From positions 46,376,001 through 46,440,000 of the forward strand of contig NC_047017.1 in NCBI RefSeq assembly GCF_902652985.1: 64,000 nt of DNA, read 5' to 3'. The DNA comes from Pecten maximus (lineage: Eukaryota). The notes beneath the pieces are model-generated. The model worked only from the letters and a program-made list of their open reading frames with translations. It was not told the DNA's origin and did not search any database. Each line of letters opens with the position of its first letter. The stretch's first letter is position 1. Both the position numbers and the translations under genes were made by a program. Shown here in pieces: positions 38,776 to 49,960 of this stretch.

Positions 38776-41331
38776 TGTTTTAAATATTATAACAAAAACG
38801 ACTAAAATACGACTAAAAATAAAATAAACGAATAAGTAAAAAAAAATAAATAAAAAAAAAATAATAAAACAAAAATCTTCGTATAAGATTGACAAATACA
38901 GAATTTGTTAGCAGTAGTCTAAATAAACTTAATCGTATGCTTCCATGCCAAAATATATATGCATAATGTTCGCAGGCTACTAGAAATGGTCGAGCCTCAA
39001 TATATTTATTACTTTCAATGTCGCATTCATATTTCATGACAGGCCGGGAGGTTCAACCCGGATAGAATGATCATTTCACAGGTAGTTGATTTCATTGTGA
39101 AGTATGGCCACACTGTAAAAAACGGAAAGCAAGAAACATATTACATATAAATACAGTATCATGGAACCTAGTAATTTGTGCTTTATAATTCTGATTATAA
39201 TTATAATGCCTCGAATAGCAATTAACAAACATAATGTAAATAACGGCATGGTTCAGTACCAATATTTTGATAGTTCACTTCCTAAATCTGCTGGTATATC
39301 AGATTATAATGTTTATAAATATGAGATTTAGAATTCATCGTGAAATGCCTTTTACACAACTATATAGTGACCATTCACATGTTGTACTGCTTCTTAAAGT
39401 TCCATTAATAACACATTAGAAGCAAGAAACATTCCACCCTCCTGGAAACTATCAAATGTTAATTAATACATCAAGGTTAGAGGACTAATTAATTACGTAT
39501 CAAACTCTACACCAATATCGATCACATATTACTTTTGTACGATCATCAGAAATAATATCTTTGAAAAATTATGTAATTATCTTTTTGAACAAAAGTTATA
39601 TCAGGAATCTGGTTTTCTACTTGGTGACGTTAATATCAACAACTTTTAACCGTATATCACTAAAGTGTCATTTCATCTACATAGAAAACAAGAGCTCAAT
39701 TGACCGGAATCCCCCACCTGCTATCCAGTGATCCTCCTCATGCAATAGCATAATTAAGAACACGTGTAGCAGAGACCAGATATAAGATCTCAGGTCCTAG
39801 CGGTTATTTGAAAAGGTGTTGGCTAATTCAACTCTTTCAAGGGAGGTCATGGAATTCTTTACTGTACAACAATAGGGACCCCTAGATTGTTTTTCTATGT
39901 AATTCAACAAACATATTTCCGAGTTAATTCCCCTACATCACTATTAATTCATTGAGTTACTGCGTATTTGTCTATAATATATCTCTGTGATTCTATCTAA
40001 ATTGAGTATTTATTTGAATATTTACATCTCTGGCTAGGGTAACCCAGTTTATCAAAAGTATAGGCAGAGTATGTAGCCAAATCCTTTCGTGTTGACATCA
40101 AAATAATTTGAAATGAAAATCAATCGAGCTGTCCGAATTCGGGATACTGTGAGGACAGGTATGTAATCTTAGGCAAGACTGATAGCTGATGGAAAAACAA
40201 CAGAGAATACTGACATAGAAACGAGACCATAACTCACAGACTCGATAAAACAAGAACAAAATATGGAAATATAAGTTGAGCATAGAGACACCTGAAAATG
40301 AAAGGGGAAAGAAAAAGGTAAATATGTCTCAGAAAGGTAAGCGGTTTTTTTTTATCGCCAACACCTTCCATAAAGGTTTAGGCCAAACCGAGTTACATCA
40401 CGAACATGAAATGCAATAGCGTTTACAGACGAAAATCAGATCAACATATGTCTTATCTGCAGGTACGGCCACAAGCCTGCTTTATATGTAAATATTCTAG
40501 TGTTGATTTTGACATCGGGATCAATAAATAGAGGCTTATGTTTTGTTTTAAATTATGGATTGAGGTGCTTGTTCTTTAATAATTATGAATATTTATCCCC
40601 TCTGACAGTGAATCCAATTAAGCCTGTTTTCGTTTATATCGTGTATATCGTGTATATCTGGCTTATTCTTCGTTCGTAAAATAATAACAAAGCTGGTACT
40701 TCACGCCAGTGCAGAAACCATGCATCGTACCAACAGAGTTATGTACCCTTACTTTATCATTATGCATATGTAACGGTGTCTGTGTAACTGTAAGAGTGAT
40801 TGGGATACACAACCATATGACATATATGTTTTTACTTTAGATTCCTCGGGCCCAGTACATCACGTTCTACAATCACCACTACTAAATATGTCCATGTTGG
40901 ATCTCGTATGCTTAAACACGGCCAATAGGAATATTGAAACATCATTCTGCGAAATATTGATAAGAATAATATGATTGATATTTAAAAGATTTTACTTATT
41001 TTTATATTTGAATCTTTTAAGTAGCTGTCTTATTCTAAATCGCTTTGGCAGCCTTGTCCCAATACTCCAGCAAATTACACCCACCATATCGCATATGAAG
41101 TTAACCTTAGATTCATATACATCATTTCATAACCTTTTTTCCATACATAATTCTTATTTGCGTCTAAAAGTTTTCGTCTGATATGGAAGTAATAAACACA
41201 GTAATGTTTTTAGGACATGTATGTGATATAGGCGTATGAGTAATGCGTTTATTCAGTAAACTCTCCATGTTATATTTTAAAAATGATCCCCCATGTTATA
41301 TTTTAAAAATGATCTCCCCATATTATATTTT

Positions 41332-42262
41332 AACAAGAGGCCAAGGGCCTCGTAGCTCTCTGGACGTTGATACAGTAACGTGCCAATTTTAGTCTTTTTT
41401 TTTTTTTTTTTAATTTTGCTATATATTCTTTGTATTTTTAACTTTTTCAATGAATTTTCCTGACTTTATGTATTGATCGTTTTAAATGAAATTTTGTACT
41501 CTTATAGAGAATTGTTTCCTGTTTCATCTCATAATATTTTCACTGTTTTCCGATGTATATGACTAGAGAAATCATATATTTTTTTTACAATATCTAATTT
41601 TTTGAACGCCATATTGACGTTATTTTAGTAACGTCATATAGAGAAATGGCGTCACACGGAAATTATCAGTGTAGACAATTCTGTATTGCTCCATAAATAC
41701 TCAACGGAAAAATAAATAAATATTATGAGAAGAAACTATGGACATTTCTTCATAACATGACGAAATATTGTCAAAATCCGTTCACATAGTAATGTTTCAT
41801 ATCAGTGTGTTTGCCAGGGACGTATACGTATACCTCGCGAGACACTCTGTACACTGTAGCAGACGACATAATGTGTATAAAGTAACACGCATAGCAGCAT
41901 TTTTTGCAGCGGCACAGGGATACGTGTGTTGCAGCACATTACTATATACACATTACAGTGGGTTGATATAGGAACTTTGCCTCATAACTCCTCAGAATAA
42001 CGTTCGGCATGTCCCTGTGACACCGAATATGTCCAAAATGACATCGTAAATTGACGATTACTCGAAAATGAAAACATTTAACAACTCAAATTTCTTGTCA
42101 AATCTAGTTCGTGTCGACCCCAATCATGTGTCTTGAAATCCATTCTGACAGTCCCACTGTTTCTGATATCCTCTGTCCACAAAATTTTAATAATTCTACT
42201 TCCGGCAAAAACATGAAAATGACTGCGTAAGCTCTCCTGGACTCCGTCCAGAGAGCTAAAAA
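41332..42262 (-). mobile_element. Helentron/HINE-like element inserted in a ~28-bp tandem repeat
   Basis: AACAAG start, hairpin GAGGCC-AAG-GGCCTC, perfect 13-bp subterminal IR AGCTCTCTGGACG (41354) / CGTCCAGAGAGCT (42245) and an A-run end. The interrupted unit TATATTTTAA|AAATGATCTCCC resumes afterwards. Confidence 0.82.
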
Positions 42263-42589
42263 TGATCTCCCTATATTACGTTTCTAAAGTGTAAGGCACT
42301 TGTACAATTATTTGCATCTTCTAATTTTCTGTTTCTTGTCTACTTTATACATGTAGATATTTCAGTTTTGGTTTTTTGGAAAGAAATCTCATCATAAATT
42401 ATCAATATAACTGTGACGTAATAAAAAAAATCAACCAAAGATTATTGTATCATTAACATGCATGACATGCGCATCGCTATCCCGTGTGACGAAGTATAAA
42501 ATTATGTCGTCAGTTGATAGGGATAGATTTGTACAGTTAAATCATATATCAATGACCATATTAGGATGTTTTATATAGTTGATAAGCAC

Positions 42590-43030
42590 AACCTTTCCCA
42601 GAAGGGGGAATAATGTACTGTATTTTCAAACACGTTACTTCGTTATATTATTCATGTGACATACCAGATATGTTGTTTCACATGTAAAATAAAAGATATG
42701 GTATTTTTCGAATTTCGAAAACATATTTTATCTCTAAATCTATAATGTAAACCGTGTGACCAGACCAATCCAAACAGTTAAATTTACATATATATATAGA
42801 CTATACTTACTTCTCCTGTAAAACTGTATCGTAATCCCTTCATGTGACCGTACTACACACTGCATACTGGGTGAGCTGTCGACCCTATATACATGTATAT
42901 GTGTATGGGAAGATATCAAAGGTAGGCGAATAGCATGCCAGCGATAGGCTGAATGTGGTTACACACATAAATACACATTACTCAGAGTGAGAGTGTAATA
43001 CATGTAATCGAATTCCCAAGAAGGCGGCCA
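42590..43030 (-). promoter_or_regulatory. Putative promoter and non-coding first exon of the TRAF3-like gene
   Basis: Strong minus-strand donor GTAAGT at 42810-42805 and a TATA-like element at ~42885-42890. STAT-type TTCCCAGAA (42595-42603) and TTCCCAAGAA (43013-43022). A pyrimidine-rich acceptor near 38814 shows that an upstream UTR exon is expected. Confidence 0.4.
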
Positions 43031-44769
43031 TCATTCGCTTCAAACTTAGAAATATTATTTTATTTTCCTCTTTACAGCGTAAGAAGGGTAGATTGGAAAG
43101 TGCTGTTGTGTAAAAGATGGTAAATGAAGGTTTGTAGAAATTTATAATTAGGTGTGTGTATGAGGGCAAATACTCTATGCAATATAGGAGGGTGAGTGAT
43201 AGTCTGTATATTACGGTAAATAATACTAAATTCTAAAATACTGATTCTGACAATAAATCAAGACCTATTTCATCAACCATCTTATATGGAATTTATCTTG
43301 TTGTTGCATGTAACAACGTTCACGTGAAATGCTTTCAGTGAATTAAAGATAACCCTGCATCATGATATATGATATATATATAAGTTCGTAATTCGAAGCT
43401 GTTTTAAGAGAGGCTTAGTTGATAGCACCCTGCTCTATGGCCCATCTTCGGCCCGCACGGTACCGACGATGCCTTTGGTTTTTATGGTACGACTATATAA
43501 AGGACAGAGACTTGGCTTGGTACTAATTCCCAACTCATGGTCGATGCGGTAAGTGAACCTGCTTTATATCTAGGTGATGCATTTGATGTCATTGTCGCTG
43601 TTTTTGTTGCCACGATAACTATGATGCGAGAACAAGTTATAATGATGCAAATATACACGTTTAAAAGATATCTATTTTTATTTTTATCTAGAATGCTCAA
43701 AACTTGTCAAGATTTATTGCCACAAAGACTAATGATAGATTAGATATATAACATAATATTAATCAAACGCGGTTTGACAAAGTACTTGCAACGTCGTTGG
43801 GTGAAAGAACACATTTATTGGCAAATCTTAGGGATCAGGCCAAAGTTATTTCAATTGATCACCGTCACGCCCTTTGGGTTGATGGACCAGGGGACGATAG
43901 GGGAATAAGTTAGAATTCATCAATTACTGTAAAATATTATCTCAGGAAAAAACTGAATAAATTTACATGTAGGTTGTGGTTTCCACCGTCCCTAGTTGTT
44001 ATTTCAGCGATAGACCAGTAAGCCAATAAGAAATCTAACCAACTTTGATGTTAATTTTTCAAAGTAATTACTACAATAAATATAAACGAATTACTTTACT
44101 TTTTTGTTAATTGCAACACAATGGGTAATGATTTCATTTTAATACAAATGTTTTTCTATAAATAGACCCAGCAATTACATGTGTCTATATTGATATAGTT
44201 ATTTATAGAAACAGTACGATATAGATAGAAACTGGAAAACTAAACTGTTTGGTATTCGTATTTTCATGTACGACGTGTGCTGGCCTTTACTACTGTACCT
44301 ACATGTTTTAGCCTATTTTTCATTGTATGAATATCGTAGTATATCTGACGTACTGATATGTTTATATTTATACTCCTCAATAAATACTAATTACAGTATC
44401 TGACGTAATGCTGTGTTTATATTTATACTCCTCAATACATACTAATTACAGGTCGTATACAGCGGCCCACACCGACATATCGCTTCGACTCGCGCTGTCA
44501 TATTTTTTAAAAACCTTTTAATTGACTATTCATTGATACCATATATACTTTTCTAACTTATACAAGCAGGTCTTTTGTGATTGAATTGTCGACCGAGGGG
44601 ATCATTATCACAAACATAAAGGTATTGTTCGTTGTTTATCTAGTAAGTATGTGTAACTGTTCCTGTACAATGTATATGTGATCGTTTGTAATTTACTTAT
44701 TTTTTGATAAAGGGGCAGATTGCCTCGAAAATTCGGCAGTTATATATGTATATGATATAAAAATTAAAC

Positions 44770-45170
44770 ATGTTACGTTTATCTATAAACAGAAACTCAC
44801 AAGATTTACGCACACATGTTACGGTATCTATAAATAGAAACCACGAAGACATGACACATACAGTGTATGTGTATTTATAGATACCGCTCAAACTATGTTA
44901 CGTGTATCTATAAATAGAAACATAGAAGACACGGGGGAAAACCAGACGGTGTGTTGCTATAAGCATATTTATATGTGTGTGTGTATTTATAGATACCGCT
45001 CAAATATGTTACATGTATCTATACATAGAAACATAGAAGACACGGGGGAAACCAGGCGGTGTGTTGCTATAAGCATATATGTGCGTGGGTGTGTATTTAT
45101 AGATACCGCTCACAGATGTTACATGTATCTATAAGTAGAAACCAAGAACACATGACAACACCAGGCGGTG
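44770..45170. repeat. ~110-bp degenerate tandem repeat (3-4 units); related single unit at ~55620-55740
   Basis: Recurring GTATTTATAGATACCGCTCA...GTTACATGTATCTATAAATAGAAAC...GAAGACACGGGGGAAACCAG. Confidence 0.8.
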
Positions 45171-45480
45171 TATATATAATGACAGAGCTCAAACCTGTTA
45201 AGTGTACCTATCAACTGATGCATAAAAGACACGTGAAAAACAGTTTGATTATGTGTATTAATTTACAACGATCACATTTTTTTACGGTAACATGTATAGC
45301 CTACATAAGTGAAATCAGTGCGGGATATTTACGGAAGCTTATAGGGGTGATCACATAAATATATTATATCTCACTAAATTGGTACAAAGCATTTTGATAC
45401 TTAAATTTATATATTGCTACACTTTTTGTGTCAATATCCGTTAAGTTACTTTATGATATAAACATTAGGAAGCTTTATTC

Positions 45481-47944
45481 TAGTAGTGCACTACACCCTA
45501 AGAGGCGATGAACAGCAAAACCCCCATACATGTAATGGGCAGTACCCAAGGCTACCTGTGATTTTTACCTGTACTGTATATATAAGGCTATCCAGCAGTT
45601 ATATTCAAGCGGAAGTAAAACCCATAAATACATAGAGTTATTAAAAAGGTTTTGGAAGTTTAGTTTGATGTTATATTTCAACCTTTCTATTCTTGTTAAT
45701 TATACACTGTAACTAGGTTAAGACAAATTTACTTTATAAATCCTTTAACTAAGTTAAATTGTTCAAGCCAAGTTTAATTTATCTTTTGGTACTTTATATT
45801 TTGTATTGATTAATCAGTTATATATTTCACATGTATAATTCCAGTAATTTGGTTTTCATCACATGAAATATATAATAAAACATTTGAAAACAATTATCGT
45901 GACTTGAACATTTTCAATTTGATACATTTAATTGTCATTGTAGTTTTAATATCAGATTAAGTTAAGCAGCATATTCATAATTTCATTTTTGATGTGATAG
46001 TACGCATATTAAAACCTTATTCAGCCCATAATATATGTTGTACATTCTATGTGTATACATCCAATGCTTAAAGTCAGAAACCTGAACACATGAAGAAATT
46101 GATTAAACATTGATTTAACAGGTAAATAAAGAGTTTTCTTTGAATCTACTGGTAATTAAGTGATCACAACAGTTCTACATTTCAAAATTTTAAGTTTATC
46201 AAAGGTATATGTTACTTGTAATACACCTTCCATCTTCCTTTACTGAAAAAGTTGAAATTTCTGTACATGGTACCCGTGTGCAGGTATCTAATACTTAGAA
46301 GATCTAACATATTGGATCTGATTCCAGGTACATGTATCAGTTACAGGTAACACAGAATGAGATAATGGCCTGAGGGAACAATTAATGTCATTTTTGTTAT
46401 GAAATACTGGCAAACTTGGGGAGGGGGAGGGTAACAGTTTTAAGCTTATATAGCACATATACATGTTCATGTATCTGTAGCTCTACTTGTCATACAACAC
46501 TTGAATTATACAACACTTGTATTCGTAATTTCATAATTTTCTTCTATAAACTTGCCTGCTAACAAATATATTATAAAACATATGGATCATGTGGACCTTC
46601 AGTTTTTTTACAGTTCATGCTAACATGTTTTTTGCAATATTGTTTAAAAACAAAATTTTGGGATACATTTTGATCAGCATTTAAGTGTTTCCCTATTGCA
46701 TTAAGAAAATGATTAATTGTTCTTTACCTTAAAATGTATAACTGATGGGGATTTTACCTCTTCTTGTAATTAAAGAAAATCAGCTTATAAACTATATTTA
46801 TTGAATATCTTTATTGTGAAGAAAAATGTATAAAAAAATAATTTTCTTTTTTTGGATGATTCACAAAAAAAACAAAAACAAAACAAAAACAAAAAAAATA
46901 GACATTTTTGAAAAAACATCCACAGGTAGATATTATATATGGGTAGTGTTAGATGCTAATTACAGGTAGGTAAGGCAGAGGAGCCTGGCACAGCATGCTA
47001 TAAATGGACCCCTGGAGGGTAATTGGGGACTTGACAAAACTTTCGCCAGGTGTTAAAACAGGCACACCTTAAGACTGATCCTCACCTGATACATGGTGTT
47101 ATGGAGGTCCATAAGGTGGTGGTGAGGTGGGGTTTGGGCCCTGGGCCCCAGGTGGCCATGACAACAAGCATGTCCTGAGAGTACCAATTATACATAAGGT
47201 ACAGGTATATAACTTATTATATGTCTCTTACAGCACATAAATATAATTATATTCGAAACTTAAGATTCTTGATTATGTACTATGAAATGATTTCATGGTT
47301 GAATTAACAGATATTAGTGAAGTAACAATATATTGAATTTAAAAATATGTTTGTCTGATAAAATAATAAATATTAAAATATACATACATATACAGTGTAC
47401 TTGAGAAAAAAATCTACAAACAGTCATCAAGGCCTAATGTAGAATTAATCATTAATATAAAATGTATATTAACTACATCTAAAGAAAAATGAAAAGCATC
47501 AAAATTTTGAAATCAGGAAGATAAACCTTAATTTTACACTATAATGAAATCTTTTCAAAAAACATATTGATAAAACCCCACTAAAAATCCAATTGATATG
47601 AGTTTTAATTCCTGTTGTGCAATATATCATATAAGAACCACAGTCAATTTATTTTCAGTTAATTTTAGATAAAATTTTATCAACATTTAAATATACCTGG
47701 TAAAGTCAGGATGACAGAAATAAGGCAGTCAATTTACACAGGTCTGTATATGTAACAACTACAGGTATCTAACACAGGTGTCCAGTGGCACTGTTCATTA
47801 CCTGTATGTGGGGAATTTGTGGTCACACCTGACTGGACGTAGTGCACTACTAGTTTACCTGTAGCTTAAATGTAGTGCACTACTAGTTTACCTGTAGTTT
47901 AAACGTAGTGCACTAGGGTGTAAAGGTTAGCTTACACTCAACTG
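45481..47944. mobile_element. Second copy of the non-autonomous TIR element (outer left TIR missing, no nested inserts)
   Basis: Collinear with 2445-7773 once the inserts are removed. Intact right end ...GTTAGCTTACACTCAACTG followed by TA. Confidence 0.9.
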
Positions 47945-48411
47945 TATGTCTAGTTCTAGATCTCAGTTGGAAAGAGCAAAATTCAAAGGTCTCATTTCTA
48001 TCGATGATTTCAATTTTCTAACGCCCGCGCGATCAGTCTACGAGGAAAACGAATTACACAAAATGATTTTTGCTAACCGTACCACTCGCGACGTATGGTT
48101 TAATATGAATAGAGTTCTCGGCGATCTATTGTTATAGGTACAAACATTAGTATGTACATGTCAATTAAGAATCAAAAGTGCTGTACAGATATATATATAT
48201 ATATAGAATAAAAGTGTCCATGTGGAGGTAAATAATAATAAAATTAGGGGATAGTAAGTTGTTTTGAGTGGCTATACTGGCGATTAGAACATGAAATTTG
48301 GTTTGAACTCGAGACCGATAGGTCGAGAGTTTAAACCAAATTTCATGTTCTAATCGCCAGTATAGCTACGAAAAACAACATACTATCCCCATTCTAACAC
48401 GTTTACGTTAT

Positions 48412-49960
48412 AGTTATTGAATAGCATTACGAGTGTATCCGAAATATTTGTTGAAGGGGCGGGTACGAGGCGCGTCAGCGCCGAGTCCCCCGCCCCTTCA
48501 ACAAATAACTCGGGTACACGAGTAATGATTTCAATAACTGGCTTGTACCATGGCACCTCCCACTTTGTGTCAATCAAATTCTAGTTCCTTTGTCATTGAC
48601 CAATCATATTCGACCGCACCCGCTTTCTCACGGTGAGATTCTGCAGTACGGAAATCATCTGTCAAATTCCCACGTTGCGACACAGTACATGTACCATAAA
48701 CTTTCCAATAGGAGAGTTGTTATTTAGAAAAGATGTCGGATTTGGGCGCAGCGAGAGATCGACATAAAGAATATCAGACACTACAGTAACCAAGGTGAGT
48801 AAAATATATAAGAATTAGAAACACTAGACTATTTGTGAACTATTCTATTCACTAATGTGTTAATCCTCAAATCCGCAGTCCGCATTCATTAATTATAAAT
48901 GTACTGCTTATACTGTCTCGCAATAGTTTTATTACCATCAATGCACTTTTAAAAGCTTTCAAAGAAAAACAGCCGCTTAATTTTAACTGTATATTATTAT
49001 TATCACAAGTTTATAATGAAGTATTCTAATATTTAGATCTTAACCATTGTAGGTGAACGCTGCATAGTCGATTTGTATGAGAAGTACCTGCAGGCCCTAG
49101 TCTCTGGGAAATTCTACAGGCGCGCATTACCTGGCACACCTCCGAGGTTTGGGAACCAACCGGTAGGAGTTAATAAACTGAGAAATCTTATGAAAATTAT
49201 TTGTGCAGGCGCGGGATTAAGTGGAAATTATACCAATCATTCGGGAAAACGCACATGCGCAACACAACTCTACATCGCCAGGGTTGATGAGCAGGAGATC
49301 ATGAACAGAACTGGACATAGGTCAGAAAAGGCTGTGAGAAAATACAAGTCAGCTGACGAATCGGTGTTACGCAAAGTATCCTCGGTGTTAGATCCTCCAC
49401 AGAAAAGAAAACGTCCCGAAAACAAAACTCACCAAGAAGAGCCCACTGCCAAACGTGCTACAGTGCCTCTCAGTGATATAAGTTATCTCCCGACAGGAAG
49501 TCTTTTTAACAACTGTCAAGTTACTTTTAATGTCGGAAACAAGTGACCTTTTAAACGATTTTTGAAGACGTGGCATAGTGACATTAGTGTTTATGATTTT
49601 TAAGAAGACATCGGGTATAGTCTTATAACCTTTAAATTGTTTGTTTATAATTTTGTAAACAAATATTACATGTATTAAAAATGAAATAAACAGATTTTTT
49701 GTTTGTTTTTCAAAATGAACAGTGTTGTAATTTGCATCTTGATTGTAGCGATTTTTCTCTGGGACATGACTGTAAATCGATACATAAACATTGTTTCAGT
49801 CTTACTGTGAAAAATAACTTGGAACTTATTGCACAGCTAGGCTCCACCCCAATCAATGTATCGGGGTAGTTAGTGTATGCCTAGGCTCCGCCTCTTCTCG
49901 GACTATCGAGATTTATACAACAGTCAACTTCAAAGAAAAATAGCCGCAACCATGGTACAA
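48412..49960 (+). mobile_element. Inner Crypton-type element (internally deleted) carrying a tyrosine recombinase fragment
   Basis: A 128-bp hairpin (48412-48539) is followed by TTGTACCATGG (48543-48553), with its exact reverse complement CCATGGTACAA at 49950-49960. Contains the DUF3504 coding exons. Confidence 0.78.
48733..49546 (+). pseudogene. Crypton-type tyrosine recombinase (DUF3504, ZMYM/QRICH1/KCTD1-related) C-terminal half, spliced and 5'-deleted
   Basis: Exon ...AQREIDIKNIRHYSNQ, GT-AG intron 48795-49052, then GERCIVDLYEKYL...FYRR...QPVGVNKL..LMK.IC..AGLSGNYTNHSGKRTCATQLY...DEQEIMNRTGHRSEKAVRKYK. There is no in-frame start, and the box I arginine region is missing. Confidence 0.88.

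Noticed and set aside
38776-38895. Hydrophobic N-terminal extension of TRAF in the ORF track (possible TM or signal)
   Set aside because: It is a translation of the T-rich intron acceptor and 5' UTR from a non-ATG start.
47946-48137. 63-aa ORF with protein-like composition between the TIR element and the hairpin element
   Set aside because: No recognisable motif, the ATG overlaps the TA junction of the transposon, and there are no supporting exons.
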